In this document: piece after piece, positions 35,350 to 49,288 of the stretch
Layout of the letters: every line of letters begins with the position of its first letter
Numbering within the stretch: the stretch's first letter is position 1
Assembly (NCBI GenBank): GCA_018398765.1
Contig: JAHBMJ010000069.1
Coordinates: 1-57,831 of the forward strand
Source: Chromera velia
Taxonomy: Eukaryota
DNA: 57,831 bases
Reading direction: 5' to 3'
Position numbers and translations under genes: made by a program
The notes under the pieces: generated by a model
Seen by the model: only the letters and a program-made list of their open reading frames with translations
What the model was told of the DNA's origin: nothing
Databases searched by the model: none

Positions 35350-35830
35350 GTGACAGACTACATTTTATGAATCCACATCACTCATCCATAAGCATGCTGC
35401 TCCAAAAGTCTAGTAGCCAAAAGTAGAAAAAAAAAAAAAAAAAATATTCTGGTTAAAGTCAAGTATATGAATTTGAGAGAATTATAGAGAACTGCTAGGA
35501 GAACTGTTATTGTAAAGAATCAAACTATCTCATGCCCAGCCTCATGCTAGGCAGACTACATTTGGGGGAACGTTCCATGAATTAGCATCCTTCATTTGCA
35601 ATTAAAGCCGTAAGCTAGGCCGCAAGCACGCTGCTCCAGAAGTAGAAGAGTTTCAAAAGAAACATCCTGGTTAAATTAACTTATCATCAATTAAGTATAA
35701 ATCGAAGTAAACTGCTATAACAGTTGTAAAGAACCGAACTGTTTCATATGTTGCCTAGCGTTGCCGCCAAACGTTAGATGCTTATTTATAGGCAGATGCC
35801 ACTGACGATAGCGCATGATGATGATAATTA
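35350..35830 (+). mobile_element. Degenerate tandemly duplicated relic ending in an (ATG)n tail; possible non-LTR retroelement 3' end
   Basis: Two ~200-bp related units starting CAGACTACATTT (35354, 35552). Terminus GACGATAGCGCATGATGATG resembles GCGATGGCGTATGATGATG at ~27561. Confidence 0.4.
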
Positions 35831-37564
35831 TGAAAAATATAGGGTTCAAATAGTTAGTCTGTTCTCAGCAAGCTCAAGTTCAGACAACTTAGTAGTAAAC
35901 TTACTAGACAGCTTAATTATGCTTTATAGTAAGAATAGCTAGAAGAATACATAGAATTGCAAATGCATATGTTTGTGATTTTAAGATTAATTCAATCGTA
36001 GAATTGAATAATACTATTAATAAAATTGGTAGCAAAACATTTTTTGATTTATCTATTTAAAAGATTATTGTTCTTATTTCGAGTTTTATTTATGATGATG
36101 ATGATGTATGAGATTAAAGCCGGTGAGCCATATAGACTCTGGCCAACCTAGTATTTCCTGCATAGATTCGATCCCTCGACCTAGGCCCCACTTATATAAT
36201 AGTGAGAGCATCTAGAGAGATATACTATAAATGATGATGTTTGAGTGCATCTAGGAGTACATTCGCTGTACTGGAGTTGAGAATACAAAAGAGAGTTTGT
36301 TTTGATTAACGCTCTCTACGGCTATGCAATGAAGCTTCGAACTTTTGCATATCTTTCAGTTCAAAGTCATATAAGCAAGTATCGCTGTGAGACTGCAGGT
36401 CCAAGTTCATGCATAGTCATTCAGCGGTGTACACAAAAAAGGCAAGAGAGAAGGGGAGAAAGAAGTGGGTTGGTGGGTGGGTGGGTGGGAATGCGGACAA
36501 GAAGAACAGCCTTGCGTTGACTTCCAGGCAGTATGACAAGAGAGGGTCACATGGATTCACTGCAGCGAGAGAAACAAAAAGAAAAGAACGCACAGCTCTC
36601 TCATGTGCTAGCGCCTGTTGAACAGGCAGATAGACTTGATTGTTTTTCTTGTTGCCCCTTGAGTTTGGATGCCTTTCCTTTCGCACACCCCTCGATCCTC
36701 TCTGATGCATGGGGAAAACAAACAGAACCCCCTCCCAGACAGCCAGACAGACAGACAAGTGGGAGGCAGGCTGCGGTGCACGTAGAGAAGAGAATCAAAG
36801 CCCCAAGTTCAATTGCTTGAATTGGTAGAAACGCATTTCTCTTTCCTCCTCCCCCTTGCCTATCGAGGTACAGGCTTACGATTCTCTTTTGCATAAGGAA
36901 ATGATCAAGAAAGAAAAAAGACTCACGAACACACAAAGTGGAAAGAGAAAAAGATCACGAGAGACAAAATCAACATAAAAGGAAAGGGAACCGCTGCCCT
37001 CCATTGTGTAGACGAACCGTCAAAACGAGCCACACACGTTCAAACAGAAGCAAAGAAAAAAAAAATGGAGAGTATCTTCTCCAATTGTCAGCTTCAGAAA
37101 AAACACAAAAAGAGAGACTTTTCCCAATCTACAGCATACCGCGTACGCACCTCTATGTACAACCTCTACCAACCCACCCACCGGAAGGACAGAGAAGAGA
37201 AGAGAAGAGAAGAGAAAAGATGAGGAAAAGAGAAAAGCCGACAGCAATGCCATCTAAGGGCCTCGTCACGCCATCCATTTTCTCTCTAGCTGTTTGTTGA
37301 GTGCCTGCCCAAGATTCCTTCCATGTTCTCCTTCCAATCGTTTCCTTCTGCGCACGTGAGTATTGAAGCCCCCCTTTTCTTTTCTTTTCTTTTCTTTTCT
37401 TTCTCGCTGGACCCACGCGAACAGAAACAAGCGAGACAAGGAAGGGAAGGGAAATAAACAGAGTTCGAGGGCCGAAGTACGAGAAAGAGAGAGACATTAT
37501 CTTCTACAGGCTGCGGCACCCACGTGTTCTTTTCTCCCTTTTTGCTTCCTTCCTTGCTCCCGCA

Positions 37565-40500
37565 TTACCACAGCTCCTTTCGCGAAGACATCAAATGCGC
37601 TAAAGAAGCTGAGTGAAGAGGAAGAGAAGAACCAGCTAACTGAAGTGTCTTTTGTTTGCTCTCGTTTTCGACCTGTCGTCCCCACATGCCCTGATTTTTT
37701 TTTACCCCATTTGTCTCTTTCTTTCCATCTCGGCGACCTGCAACACAACAATCAAGAATTAAGTAAAATAGCATACACAGAAAGAAGATGCGCTTTGGCA
37801 GAGACAATGAACACGAACAGACGACAAATTATGGATCTGTCACGATGAATGCAAAGTGCTGAAGAAAACAAATCTGACCGACCGCTTTTCTACCACGCAG
37901 GCAAGGACTTTTGCTTCGATTTTTGGCGCGCTGGCTTCCTCGAAATGGGGCAGGCAATCAACATATTCCATGAAATGGCACACGAAAACAAAAACAAAAC
38001 GTTTACTCACATTCACGTAAAGTGAAAGAAGACATACCTCTCTCGCCCTGGTGCGAGTCTTCTGTGACGACGAAGGTTGGGGTACCGCCCCCACGATCTG
38101 CCCCGTGCGGGAGGGACCCAGAGGCGGCTGAGGGTACACATCCTGAGGCACATGTGTCTGGTAGGGCTGCACAGTGCCGTAAGCAGCCGGAGGGGGGTAG
38201 CCGTACGCCGTCTGACGGTTGGTCGGGTACGCACCACCCCCCCCCTCCCATGCGGGCCTGGCCCTGAATCCGACTCCTGCAAATAGGTGCAAGAAGACGA
38301 ACACACACACACACACAACACACAGAGAGAGGGAGAGAGGGNNNNNNNNNNNNNNNNNNNNNNNNNNNNNNNNNNNNNNNNNNNNNNNNNNNNNNNNNNN
38401 NNNNNNNNNNNNNNNNNNNNNNNNNNNNNNNNNNNNNNNNNNNNNNNNNNNNNNNNNNNNNNNNNNNNNNNNNNNGGGGGGGGGGGGGGAGAAAGGAACA
38501 TGATTGTCAGATCCACATGCTGGAACATGCATACACTTCAGAGGAATGAAATCCATATCTTTGTCCACACGCAAGCAACACCCTTCCCGAACGAACGTCT
38601 GCATGTGCACCAATGGCCCCTTTCCCCCTGCAGAAGAAGCCCTAGCTGTCTGATATTACAATGAACCCTTGTTTCCCCCTAGTTAGCTGTCTGATGTCGT
38701 CCTTCATTCAGTGTGTCTGACTGAGCCTTCAAGTGACCAGAAGCACGTGTGCCAAGCCGCAGGATGGATGTGTTTCAGCGTACCCCTCCTCATGCTCGCA
38801 AGTAAGAAAATGAAAGACCAATCAATGGACGATACGCAAACAAACCGACAGGCTGTATGTTTCTTTCTTTTTTTCCCATCCAAAATAGACGTGCAGTCAG
38901 ACAGGCAGACAGGTCTTCCTTCCTTCCAGCTGACCGTATGAGAGATCCAATTTGTCGAGCATGTCTGCCGGGCGAGCGTGGGTCCCGGCAGCTGCCACTG
39001 CAGTGCCTGCCCATCCGGCCCTTGTGTTTTGATACGGCGGTTGGGGGGCCATCGCGGGGGGAGGGTGTGGTTGGAACGGATAGGGGGCTGTTTGTGCGGG
39101 GGGTTGCTGGGGGTAGTGGGGTGCATGAAGTGTGGGGGGCGGGTAGGGGTGGGGGTATTCATGCATTGCCGCTGCGTGTGTTGGCTGGGGCCCGGCACTG
39201 GGCATGCGGGTGGACGCCTGCAGTTTTTGGAAAGTGTGCGGGATGGATGTCCAGGAGGGTCCAAAGAAGAAGACATGCAGGATACTTGCACGTTGGTAGG
39301 TAAGGGATGACGCAATGAATGCATGCAGAGGGGGTGTTGTTTTGAAAGGGTACTGGTATCTGTTCAGAAAGGATCTTGGAGAAGGCAGAGAGACAGAGAC
39401 AAGGAGGTTGGCAGGGGACTGAGAGGGAAATAGAAATCAAACAGGGCATTTCAGAATAGTCGACTCCACGATTGCAGTTCCACGGGATTAGCAGAGAGGG
39501 AGGGAAGTAGTACCTGACCAAAACAAAAAACAATGAGAAAACCAATCGACAGATAGACAGAAGCACGGGAAAGCAGTATGCCAGCAGACCACATGGCGGA
39601 GCATGCATCACCAGGAAAGAAGAAAGGAAACATCGATGCCTCACGCACCTGCTGTCTTTTCCTTGACGGGGCTCCTGGTGGAGTTTGCAGAGGTCCCAGT
39701 GTTCCTCTGCAAGAAGGAAGAAGGGAACGAAAGAACGAACAAAAGAGACAAATCGCTACGGAACAAAATTGACTCATGGAAATCCTCATGTCTTTATGCA
39801 TGTTTATGGTCACTTCAATGCGCTGGCTGTGCTCCTTTCAGAGCACAAGCAGAGACTGATTTTTCATCATCATGTAAAGGGATGGCTTTTGTGTACTTCT
39901 GTTGAGGGTGTCAATAGAATCCAAGATAAGTCAACGATAAGAAGGGTTTGGGCTGAATCCAGTAAAAAGTCACGTGGAATCACTGTTGCGTTGTACTGCT
40001 GGGACAAACACACAACACAAGATATTACCAGCCTAAAAACAAAAAAAAAGTGTGCCTTCAGGAAAGCCTGAGTGACTGACCCGGGTGGGTAATAGGGGAC
40101 GTGGGGAGGTGGATGTGGATGTGCCGAGTGGGGGGGTGGGGAGTATGTGTGGACAGACGCTGGGTGGGGTGGTGAGTAGGTGATCTGGTTTCCGGGAGGT
40201 TGTGGAGGGGCTGCCATGGTTGGTTGTGCCTCTATTGTGCCTGGGGGTGGGGGTGGGGGTCTGGACATGACCCCGTGCTCCAGCATTGAGGGTGGGATTG
40301 CGTTGGCCCTTCGCGTCTCCTCTGGAAGAGGCTCGTCTGGGTCTGGAAGTTTTAGGTGGGCAAAACTGCAATTAGGAAAGAGGGGGAGAAGAAGAGACAC
40401 AGAGAGGGGAGAGGGAATGTCAAGAGAAAAGCAACAAAGACAGAAGAAGACTTGGTGGGGTGCAAAGAAGTGCCTGCGTCTCCCCCTCCATCCCTGACTC

Positions 40501-42526
40501 TCTCTCTCTCTCTCTCCGTTTCATGTGACGTGCAGTCGTACGAAGTTCCCATTTATCTTGCCAGAGCGCGTGTTCTGTCGAAGTTGGTTGTGCGAACATG
40601 TAACGACACAAGAAGAGCTGGATGTGTGATCAGATTGACTGGGGATTCGACAGGTACATCCATTGAGACATGAACGGGATGATAAGTATACGTACATACG
40701 TATACACAAAAAGAGTTAAGAGAAAGTGCAGAAGCCTCTTTCACGGCTCACAGAAGGACCCGGAGGAGACTTCCGTCTTCCTCCCCCCCCCTCTGCCCCT
40801 CCTCACCTCTCTTTCATGGTGTCCACTTGACGCAGGAGTCCGCCAAACAACATCCGGACCTGCGCATGCACACAAACATCAAATGACGTGCATACACACG
40901 CAGAGGAAGAAAGGACACGTCCACCCACCCAGAGACGCAACGAGAAGAAAGAGCGTTGGATCGGACAAAGCAAGACAGGTATTCGACAGGTAAGGTAAAA
41001 AGGGAAAACAAGTTATCGGTTGTGCCGGACTGGGGCGATTTCATACGTCGCGCAAGAAAGAAAAAACGTGCGGTGCCCCTCCTCCTTCTCGATATATGTA
41101 CTTAACCTCTCAACAAGACAACACCAAAGAACAAAACGGACAGATAGATCGTCAGACCACACAACGAACCAAGTGGACGTTCCCATGCATGTCCCACCAC
41201 ACCTACCCACCCACCTGTCTCCGGATTCTTCGAAGTTCTCCAAGGCTGCCCTTCCGTGTGCTGTCGTCGTTGAAATCCAGACCGAGGTCGAGGGGCTGGT
41301 CTTCGTGCTCATATGCGGCCTCCTGCGCATGTTTTAAGTCAACGATTTGTTTGTTCATCGATTCATACATACGTACGTCCATACAGACATGAATTTCATT
41401 CGCTTCTCTTCTGACGACACGCGTCAATGCAAAATTTCTCGTTGTTGAAAAATCGAGTGCCGAACGGTTTGTTGGTGTACACACATGGCTGCCAGCATTC
41501 TTGAATGCTTACGCTTTCTCAACAAGTTTGTGGTTTCTAGACGGCCATGAATAAAGTGCGCTTGCTTATCAAACGGGGGCATCAAGAGAGTCATAATCAC
41601 AGAGGAAAGACGTGGTCAGAGACTCTCCACTTCAGCGGACAGACGGCTGGAAAGAGAGATGAGCAGTCAGCAGCAGAGGCACAGAGGCGCATTCCTCCCC
41701 ACAGCACGCAGACTGTCACGCACACACAAATATGCGCGTGCACAGACAGCCTGAATGAAAGACAAACGCACGGAAGGAAGGACTGACCTCCATATCTCTC
41801 CCCTCGGCGTCCGCCTCCAGTTGCCGCCTGACCCTCCTCAAGTTTCGAATATTCTGGTGAGGTAAGAAAAAAGAAAAAAAAAAAGAATTATCAATACATA
41901 AAGCGGAGACAAATGTCTTGTGCAGGACACGCATACCTCTCTCGAATTCTTGCTCGCTCTCTGTGTCTGCCTGCCTGAGTGGTTGCCTGCGCGTCTATTT
42001 GGATTTTTCTTTCAGCTGTTTGCTATCTCTTCCCAAAGCGGCACTCACTCCACGAGTACACTTGAGACCACACAGAATCATGACGCGCGCTGTCTCCACC
42101 ACAAAGAGACGTACGATCCTTGCGCAACGAAAGACATTCATGGAGAGGAGATTCTGCTAGGGATTGAAGAGCCCATCGTCTCCAAACACCAATCACTGAA
42201 GAGACATGCAAAGAAAAACAGACAGAAATACCTCATCAAAAGTTGCCCTGTCTGCGAAGACGTCCGAAGTCTGGGATGCTGCGGAGAGAGAGAGCGGGGG
42301 AAAGGAAAGGGGGGAGGCATGAAGGGAAAATAGCTTCATTGTCATTCCTACCCCGTCATATTGCTGTTTTTGGTTTCCCACTAAAACCTTATACTGAAAA
42401 GTCTGACGGAAGCTTCAAGACCCAGAGACACGTACGCACCAGGAAACTGTCTCTTTCGAGAATTTCAGCAACAAACAGGATTGGTGCAGACGTGAGTTCA
42501 CGGCTCTCTCTCTCTCTCTCTCTCTC

Positions 42527-42598
<72 letters not shown>

Positions 42599-42635
42599 TG
42601 TATGTGTATGCGTGTGTGAGTGTGTGAGTAAGTGA

Positions 42636-42697
<62 letters not shown>

Positions 42698-43625
42698 AAG
42701 CGTCTGTATGAGTTCACTCTCGACCCTCCTTCGCTTTCTTTTGATTTAAGCACGAAGAGCTTGATGTCACTCAGCTCTTACGCACACACAAAAAAACGAA
42801 AAACTTACGAAGAGCTTCTCCAGTTTCCACAAGTCCAACTGTCTGCTGCATTGAGGCGATTTGAGTCCCCAGCCTCTGTTTTCCTTCTGCGGTTGAGTTC
42901 ATCGGGTCCTTCTGATTCAGCAGCGGCTGCACGCACACGTACGCATTCACACATGTGTTCATACGTCGACAAGCGGGCAAGCACACGGTATCGAACCAAA
43001 TAAAAGCAGAGAAACAAATGAAGATCCAGACCAAAATGGAGGCAGATTCTAAGTTCAACGTAAAAAGATCGATCCGAAAAGAGAAGAGGGATCCTGATGT
43101 GCAACACTCCACTCAGAGAGAGAGGGGGGGNNNNNNNNNNNNNNNNNNNNNNNNNNNNNNNNNNNNNNNNNNNNNNNNNNNNNNNNNNNNNNNNNNNNNN
43201 NNNNNNNNNNNNNNNNNNNNNNNNNNNNNNNNNNNNNNNNNNNNNNNNNNNNNNNNNNNNNNNNNNNNNNNNNNNNNNNNNNNNNNNNNNNNNNNNNNNN
43301 NNNNNNNNNNNNNNNNNNNNNNNNNNNNNNNNNNNNNNNNNNNNNNNNNNNNNNNNNNNNNNNNNNNNNNNNNNNNNNGGGGGGGGGGGGGGGAGAGAGA
43401 GACAGGCAAGACTTTGGCCTTTGCATTCTCGAAAAATTGCGTGTCATAAAGACCCATCCCATCCTCCTGATTGCTCCTCGCTCGATCTGTCTCTTTTTCT
43501 GTCTGTGTCTCTGCATGTGGGAGTTTGTCACACTTCCTCTCTTCTCCCGGAAGGCAGGCACGCTTGTGACACACGGCTTGCAGGACTTTGCCCTCCCGTC
43601 GTAATTGGGACCACACCGGCTGACT

Positions 43626-43675
<50 letters not shown>

Positions 43676-44960
43676 GAAACAGACAGAGAGAGAGAGAGAG
43701 AGAGACAGAGAGAGAGAGAGAGACTTACATCGTCAGAGCCGTACTTGAAACCGTGTTGCGCCCATACGCCTGTGAGGGGAGGTGCCGGCTGCGGACAGGG
43801 AGAGACAGCGAGGGAAGTAAGGGAAGTAAGAGAGGGGATAGAATGGAAGAACCGACGAGCCAGAGACAATAACAGACGATATGCACGATGATCTCTTCTT
43901 TCCGAAAAAAGAAAAAATCACGCGGGGTTGCAGCTTTCTTCTTTCGCACGAATCTTCTCATCTCACCCCCCTCCGTACACCCTCTCTTCCACCTTCTCTC
44001 CATGCGTCCAAAGCACAGTTGTTGATCTGATCTTCCAATTTTCAACTCCCCTGAACTTCCATCTGGACTCGCTGATCGGCTCTTCTTCTCTTTCTTGCCT
44101 TGGTGGCTTCATTTCCACCGCCCACGCGCACAATCTTCCTCGTCCTGCCCTCCCCCCCTCAGATTGGAGAGAACCCCCTGTCTGGTTACCCGATCTGTCG
44201 ATCCTTCCTTCATTCATTTGACGCATGCTGACCTGATTTCCGATTTTGAGGGACTTGACGGCCTCCTCCAGTTCTCGTTTTTGTTGCAACACGTGCTCCT
44301 TCTCTTCGCCAGAGAGAAACTCAATGCTGGCCGCCATTGCAAACTGCTCACACGACACGAGAGGGCACCGGGAGCAATAGAAAGGAAGGAAGGAAGGATC
44401 ACATAAAATGAAAGACAAAACACAAAAAAGTTATCTCTGGGCGCGCAAGCAAAGTATGGCTAGTGAGTGAAAAGAGGGAAAGGATGGGGAACAAACCCAT
44501 AGAGAATGGGAATATCGAGAGTCATCAGATAAACTAAGCGTGCGTCAAAGAAATGATGTGAAGGGAAGGAAGGAAGGAAGAACCGAGATGGAGAGGGTAT
44601 GTGAATGGCGTAGAAGAAAGGACGTCCCAAGAAAGGCTGATGGCGGCATCACACGGAGGCCAGATATGACCGATCGAAGACTTTTGCGGAGGGGAAAGCA
44701 AGAAGATCCCTCGAGAAACCGCAGAGAAAGGGAGGCAGAAGAGGCAGGAAGACAGCAGGACCTTGAGGAACAAAAGGCAAATCGAGGGAGAAACGAACAA
44801 TTTATCGAACCAGAAAGCCAGGCAGACTATACGGCTTCGTGGACAAACATGCATATGGACAGACACAAAGAAGAACAGATAGACAGAGATATGGTCGGAC
44901 AAGACTACATGTTTATTCTTTTCCTCTAATTCTTCTCATGCACACAGCAGATAAAGCAAG

Positions 44961-45044
<84 letters not shown>

Positions 45045-45081
45045 GAATGGACAGAGAGGCAGGCAGTTTGACAAATTTTGC

Positions 45082-45117
<36 letters not shown>

Positions 45118-45223
45118 CGACAGACAGAGAGACAGACAGACCGACAGACAGACAGAGAGACAGACAGACAGACAGACCGACCGACCGACCGACCGACCGA
45201 CCGACAGACAGACACAGACAGAC

Positions 45224-45292
<69 letters not shown>

Positions 45293-46016
45293 GATTCGGG
45301 TGAGTTGGGATTTCGGTCGGGTAGATTTTGGTCGGGGCGTATTCGTGCATGAGGTAGAATGAGGTCGAAAGGAGGGAAAGAGCGTATGAGAAGAGGTGGG
45401 GACTCCATGCAGCTCAGAGTGAGCTGAGCCCATTGCTTCAGAAGTGTTTTGGGACACGGCGCAAAATAGCATTTGAAGTTTGGGTACATGCAGGAGACGA
45501 GGGCATAGCTGAGAGGACAGGGGTGTGGTCATGCAGACTGACGATTGCGCTTTCCATGATTGCAATGGCTCTCGCTTTCGATAGATCCCCGTCCTCCCCC
45601 TCTCCTACGTTCCCATCAGCCACAGACACAGCATCACCCTCACCCAATCCCAAGACCCCCCCCTCTTCCCCACTCTTCTCTGGCGCCTCCCCCCCTTCCC
45701 CTGAAGGGGCTGGACCGTCACCGCCTGCCGGCTCCCCTTCGTCATCTTCTGCCCCCACACCCAATAAACCATCGTCAACTGCCCCACCCGCCTCATCAAC
45801 GTTCTTATCGCCTTTATCGTCCGACGCTCCTGCCTTCTCAGCCTCATCAGACTTCCCTTCCTCCTTCTTTGCCGCAGTTGTCGCTTCCTTCTCCTTCTCC
45901 TTATCCTTTGTGTCCCCTGCTAAACCGCCCATCCAGGCCTTCCCGGTCTCTGTTTTAAAGTCCGTACCGTGTCCATCACCTCCGTTGGCCTTCTCGTTCG
46001 CTTCTAAGCCAAACAT
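37565..46016 (-). CDS. Multi-exon hypothetical protein: acidic/Gly-rich N-terminus, helical middle, Pro/Gln/His/Tyr-rich C-terminus
   Basis: Checked in-phase exons 46016-45543 and 44343-44233. Further exon-like blocks at ~43788-43729, 42926-42808, 42277-42231, 41853-41788, 41324-41217, 40858-40806, 40370-40080, 39217-38936, 38277-38038 and a putative last exon ending 37565, separated by SSR-rich GT-AG introns. No known domain recognised. Confidence 0.55.
44964..45295. repeat. (GA)n and (CAGA/CCGA)n intronic microsatellites
   Basis: Visible repeats. Confidence 0.9.
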
Positions 46017-46829
46017 GTTGGTCCCACTTCTCAGTCAGGAGAATATGAGCACGAAGGATGACTGGTCCTTCCCTCTTTCTATGTGCCTGTCAGACCTAGG
46101 CCGACAAGTGGGCAAAGCGAGTTTCTCTTGTATCCACTGCTTTCGAGGAAGACGGACAGCAGCAAGTACCCGCCACTTTGACCTTTGCAGCGACTGAATA
46201 CGAAGAATGCTCTTCCAGCGTGCCTAGCTGGAAACACGGTCAGGACAACAGACGCCCCTTTGCGAAGAGACCATTCCGTCTTCAACAGCCGTCACTTTGA
46301 GTTCTGAAAGGGGAAAACCTGTGAAGACATTCGAACGCAAGACCCTGCTCACACCTTGTCCAAACCTGCTTTCTCCTTCAGGAGGGACCATGCACGGTGT
46401 TATCCTTTTCATCGAACTATATATAGCTGGCTTCAAGCTAGCTGTATAGCATGCATGCATGCATAATTTTTTGTACTTAATTATATATAATTGATTGCTG
46501 CATGTATATATCGTTTTTTTTTTTTTTTTTTTTTTCAAAAAACGACTTAACATATACAAGTAAAATGGCCCCGGAAACCGGCCAATGCTTGGGGGGCGCA
46601 TAACTTAATTGATTCGTAAAAAATCGATTGCAAATTAGTCGGCTCATGCAGTGTGCATATGCTCCGTCTCCGTGCAGCTATATAGTGGGATGCACGCGTC
46701 TCTGAAGAGTTGAGAGATCGAGTTGTCTGCTCCTTGCATGCGCGGAGAGTGCACGGATCGAATGTCTCTGTGTTCACAAGAAGTCTTGTCGAAACAGTCG
46801 TGACAGCATAGAACGTCAACCTTGAAACA

Positions 46830-48053
46830 ATGTTCAGGAGCGTGAGTGCCCGAGCTCCCTTCCTTCCTCGGGAAGTGGTCATTGTGGGAGCTTCCCGCAC
46901 CCCCATCGGAAGTTTCTTGGGGTCTCTGTCTTCTCTCTCTGCCCCCCAGCTCGGCAGCATGGCCATCAAGGCTGCGCTGGTGAAGGCAGGAATTGAGGCT
47001 GATCAGGTGGAGGGTGTGATTTTGGGTCATGTCCTCCAGGGGGGATGCGGCCAGGCCCCGGCCAGACAGGCGTCTCTCTTCGCAGACGTGCCCAAGAAAG
47101 TTGACGTCATGTCTGTCAACAAAGTCTGTGCCTCTGGGCTGAAGTCCGTGTCCCTTGCTGCCCAGTCCATCGCGCTTGGACATTCGGATGTTATGGTTGC
47201 GGGGGGGATGGAGTCGATGTCCAACGCTCCCTACCTGATCCGGAAAGTGAGGGGGGCGGGGTTCAAGTATGGGCATGAGAAACTGGATGATATGCTCCTT
47301 CTTGATGGTCTTTGGGATGTGTACAACAATATCCACATGGGCATGTGCGCAGAGAAGACAGCCAAGGACCTGAGCATCTCCAGGGGTGAGCAGGATGAAT
47401 TCGCGATTGAGTCCTACAAAAGAGCTGCAGATGCGTGGTCCTCCGGGGTGATGGAGAGAGAGGTCACCCCTGTGAAGATTCCCACAGGAAAAAAGGGGGA
47501 CTCCCCCTTTGTGACAGTGGAGAGAGATGAAGAGTACTCAAAGCTGAAGTTGGACAAAGTCGCATCCCTCAAGCCCGCATTCGACAAAGAGGGCACAGTC
47601 ACTGCCGCTAACGCCTCGAAAATGAACGATGGTGCTGCGGCAGTTGTGCTGATGTCCGCAGAGAAGGCGAGAGAGCATGGGGTGAGGCCTCTCGCCCGTA
47701 TCATCTCCTTTGCAGATGCGGCAATTGACCCGATTGACTTTCCCATCGCCCCCGTTCAGGCTGTGAAGAACGCTTTGAAATACGCTGACCTTCACTCCGT
47801 GGACTTTCACGAAATCAATGAGGCCTTCTCCGCAGTTACGTTGGCCAACATGAAGCTGGGGGGGGTGGACCACAGCCGTGTGAATGTGCACGGAGGAGCG
47901 GTTGCGTTGGGGCATCCGATTGGTGCGTCTGGGTGCCGCATTCTTGTGAGTTTGTTGAATATTCTGGACTCCAGGGGAGGGTTGACGGGTTGCGCCTCGA
48001 TCTGCAACGGGGGTGGGGGTGCGACCGCACTGGTTGTGGAAAGGTGCACTTAG
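46830..48053 (+). CDS. Acetyl-CoA acetyltransferase (thiolase), probably mitochondrial, intronless
   Basis: Thiolase motifs RTPIGSFLG, NKVCASG (catalytic Cys), AGGMESMS, NDGAAA, INEAF, GHPIGASG, CNGGGGA. Short Arg/Ser-rich N-terminus (MFRSVSARAPFLPR) resembles a mitochondrial transit peptide. Confidence 0.95.
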   Translation: MFRSVSARAPFLPREVVIVGASRTPIGSFLGSLSSLSAPQLGSMAIKAALVKAGIEADQVEGVILGHVLQGGCGQAPARQASLFADVPKKVDVMSVNKVCASGLKSVSLAAQSIALGHSDVMVAGGMESMSNAPYLIRKVRGAGFKYGHEKLDDMLLLDGLWDVYNNIHMGMCAEKTAKDLSISRGEQDEFAIESYKRAADAWSSGVMEREVTPVKIPTGKKGDSPFVTVERDEEYSKLKLDKVASLKPAFDKEGTVTAANASKMNDGAAAVVLMSAEKAREHGVRPLARIISFADAAIDPIDFPIAPVQAVKNALKYADLHSVDFHEINEAFSAVTLANMKLGGVDHSRVNVHGGAVALGHPIGASGCRILVSLLNILDSRGGLTGCASICNGGGGATALVVERCT

Positions 48054-49068
48054 ACTGAGCGTTCACGTGCATGCATGCGTGCGTAGGGGCGTGAATGGAA
48101 AAGAGAACTAACTCAACTGAACTGAATGACGAGGGACGTCAAAGCACTCGGGGGATTCTCTGAAGAAAAACATGCAGGGGGACCGGGTTGCTTGCAGATC
48201 GGGGAAGCTGTATGTGGCCGCTTCCTCTACCTGTGGGCACGAAGGATCGAGCAGAGAGTAGCAAACAAGAAAAATGAAAAGAAAGAAGAGAGACATAAAA
48301 GATTGAAAAGAAAGATGCGCTAGAAGATGCGGCTATCGATCAAGTCGCCGTTTGAATTTGGATCAACTGCATCGCGATTCGAGTCATTCGACAACAAAAC
48401 CCGATTCCGTTACGCGAATTAAATGATAGTCCGAATATATATATACCCTAGCGTATACCACTGGTAGCAACTTACATTATGATGGGCCTTGGTGGCTTAA
48501 AATCAACATAGAAAATGTAAAAAAAAAAAGAGTGGAATAAAGGATTTAATATCTTTTTTCTTGTCAATTTCTAATTTATCTTATATTTTTAACTTCAAGT
48601 TTATGTTTCAAATCATGAATCATAAGATAAACAACAATTTAAATTTTATCGCGTTAACTGTCTAATTATAAGTCTAGTCATAAGTTTTAATTTGTTTTCT
48701 AGATCAAAGAACGAATGCGATGCATGACACCATGCGTTCAGTTATAAGCCTTCGTATACTGCATGTATATGCAGGCCGTACTATAGTAACTATGCAGGGA
48801 CGTGCTGATACACCATGCTATAAACACCAGAACCTACATTGACCAGGGAATTTAATCCTAGATTTGATCCCAATAAGTAATAACTAGACTACTAGTTCTA
48901 CTACTGGCACCTAAACTACTTATACAGTATGGTTAGGAAAAACCAAATTAATTTGGTTACGGCCGTCCGGTAATCACATTTATGGGTACGGTAGTAAGTT
49001 GGGGTAGAGGTACCATGGTAATGGTAGTATAGGGGGTTTTCCTAATAATTTTACGTTTTTCAATAAAA

Positions 49069-49288
49069 AAATTAGAACGGCGCAATGCGTGCGCGAATAT
49101 TTGCAAACGTGCAGAAATAAAATAAAATAAAATGTATGCATGCAAAAGCATGTTTGAGACAATTCAAATTGACGTCCATGCATTCGTAGTCAATGCAAGA
49201 CGCAAAAGCAGACAAAGACTACTCTGGGCAACTGCCAAAGGTTTCGTAAGAAGTAGATCTTCATGTCTAGAGCGCTAGCTCTTTCTGC
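49069..49288 (+). repeat. 5' LTR of Copia element
   Basis: Aligns by eye to 54662-54892 with 14 substitutions and 2 small indels. Confidence 0.9.

Noticed and set aside
43113..43627. ORFs spanning N runs (also near 32.4 kb and 38.3 kb)
   Set aside because: Their length is inflated by assembly gaps.
45433..46197. 254-aa Ser/Pro-rich plus-strand ORF
   Set aside because: Antisense shadow of the acidic Gly-rich exon that splices in phase on the minus strand.
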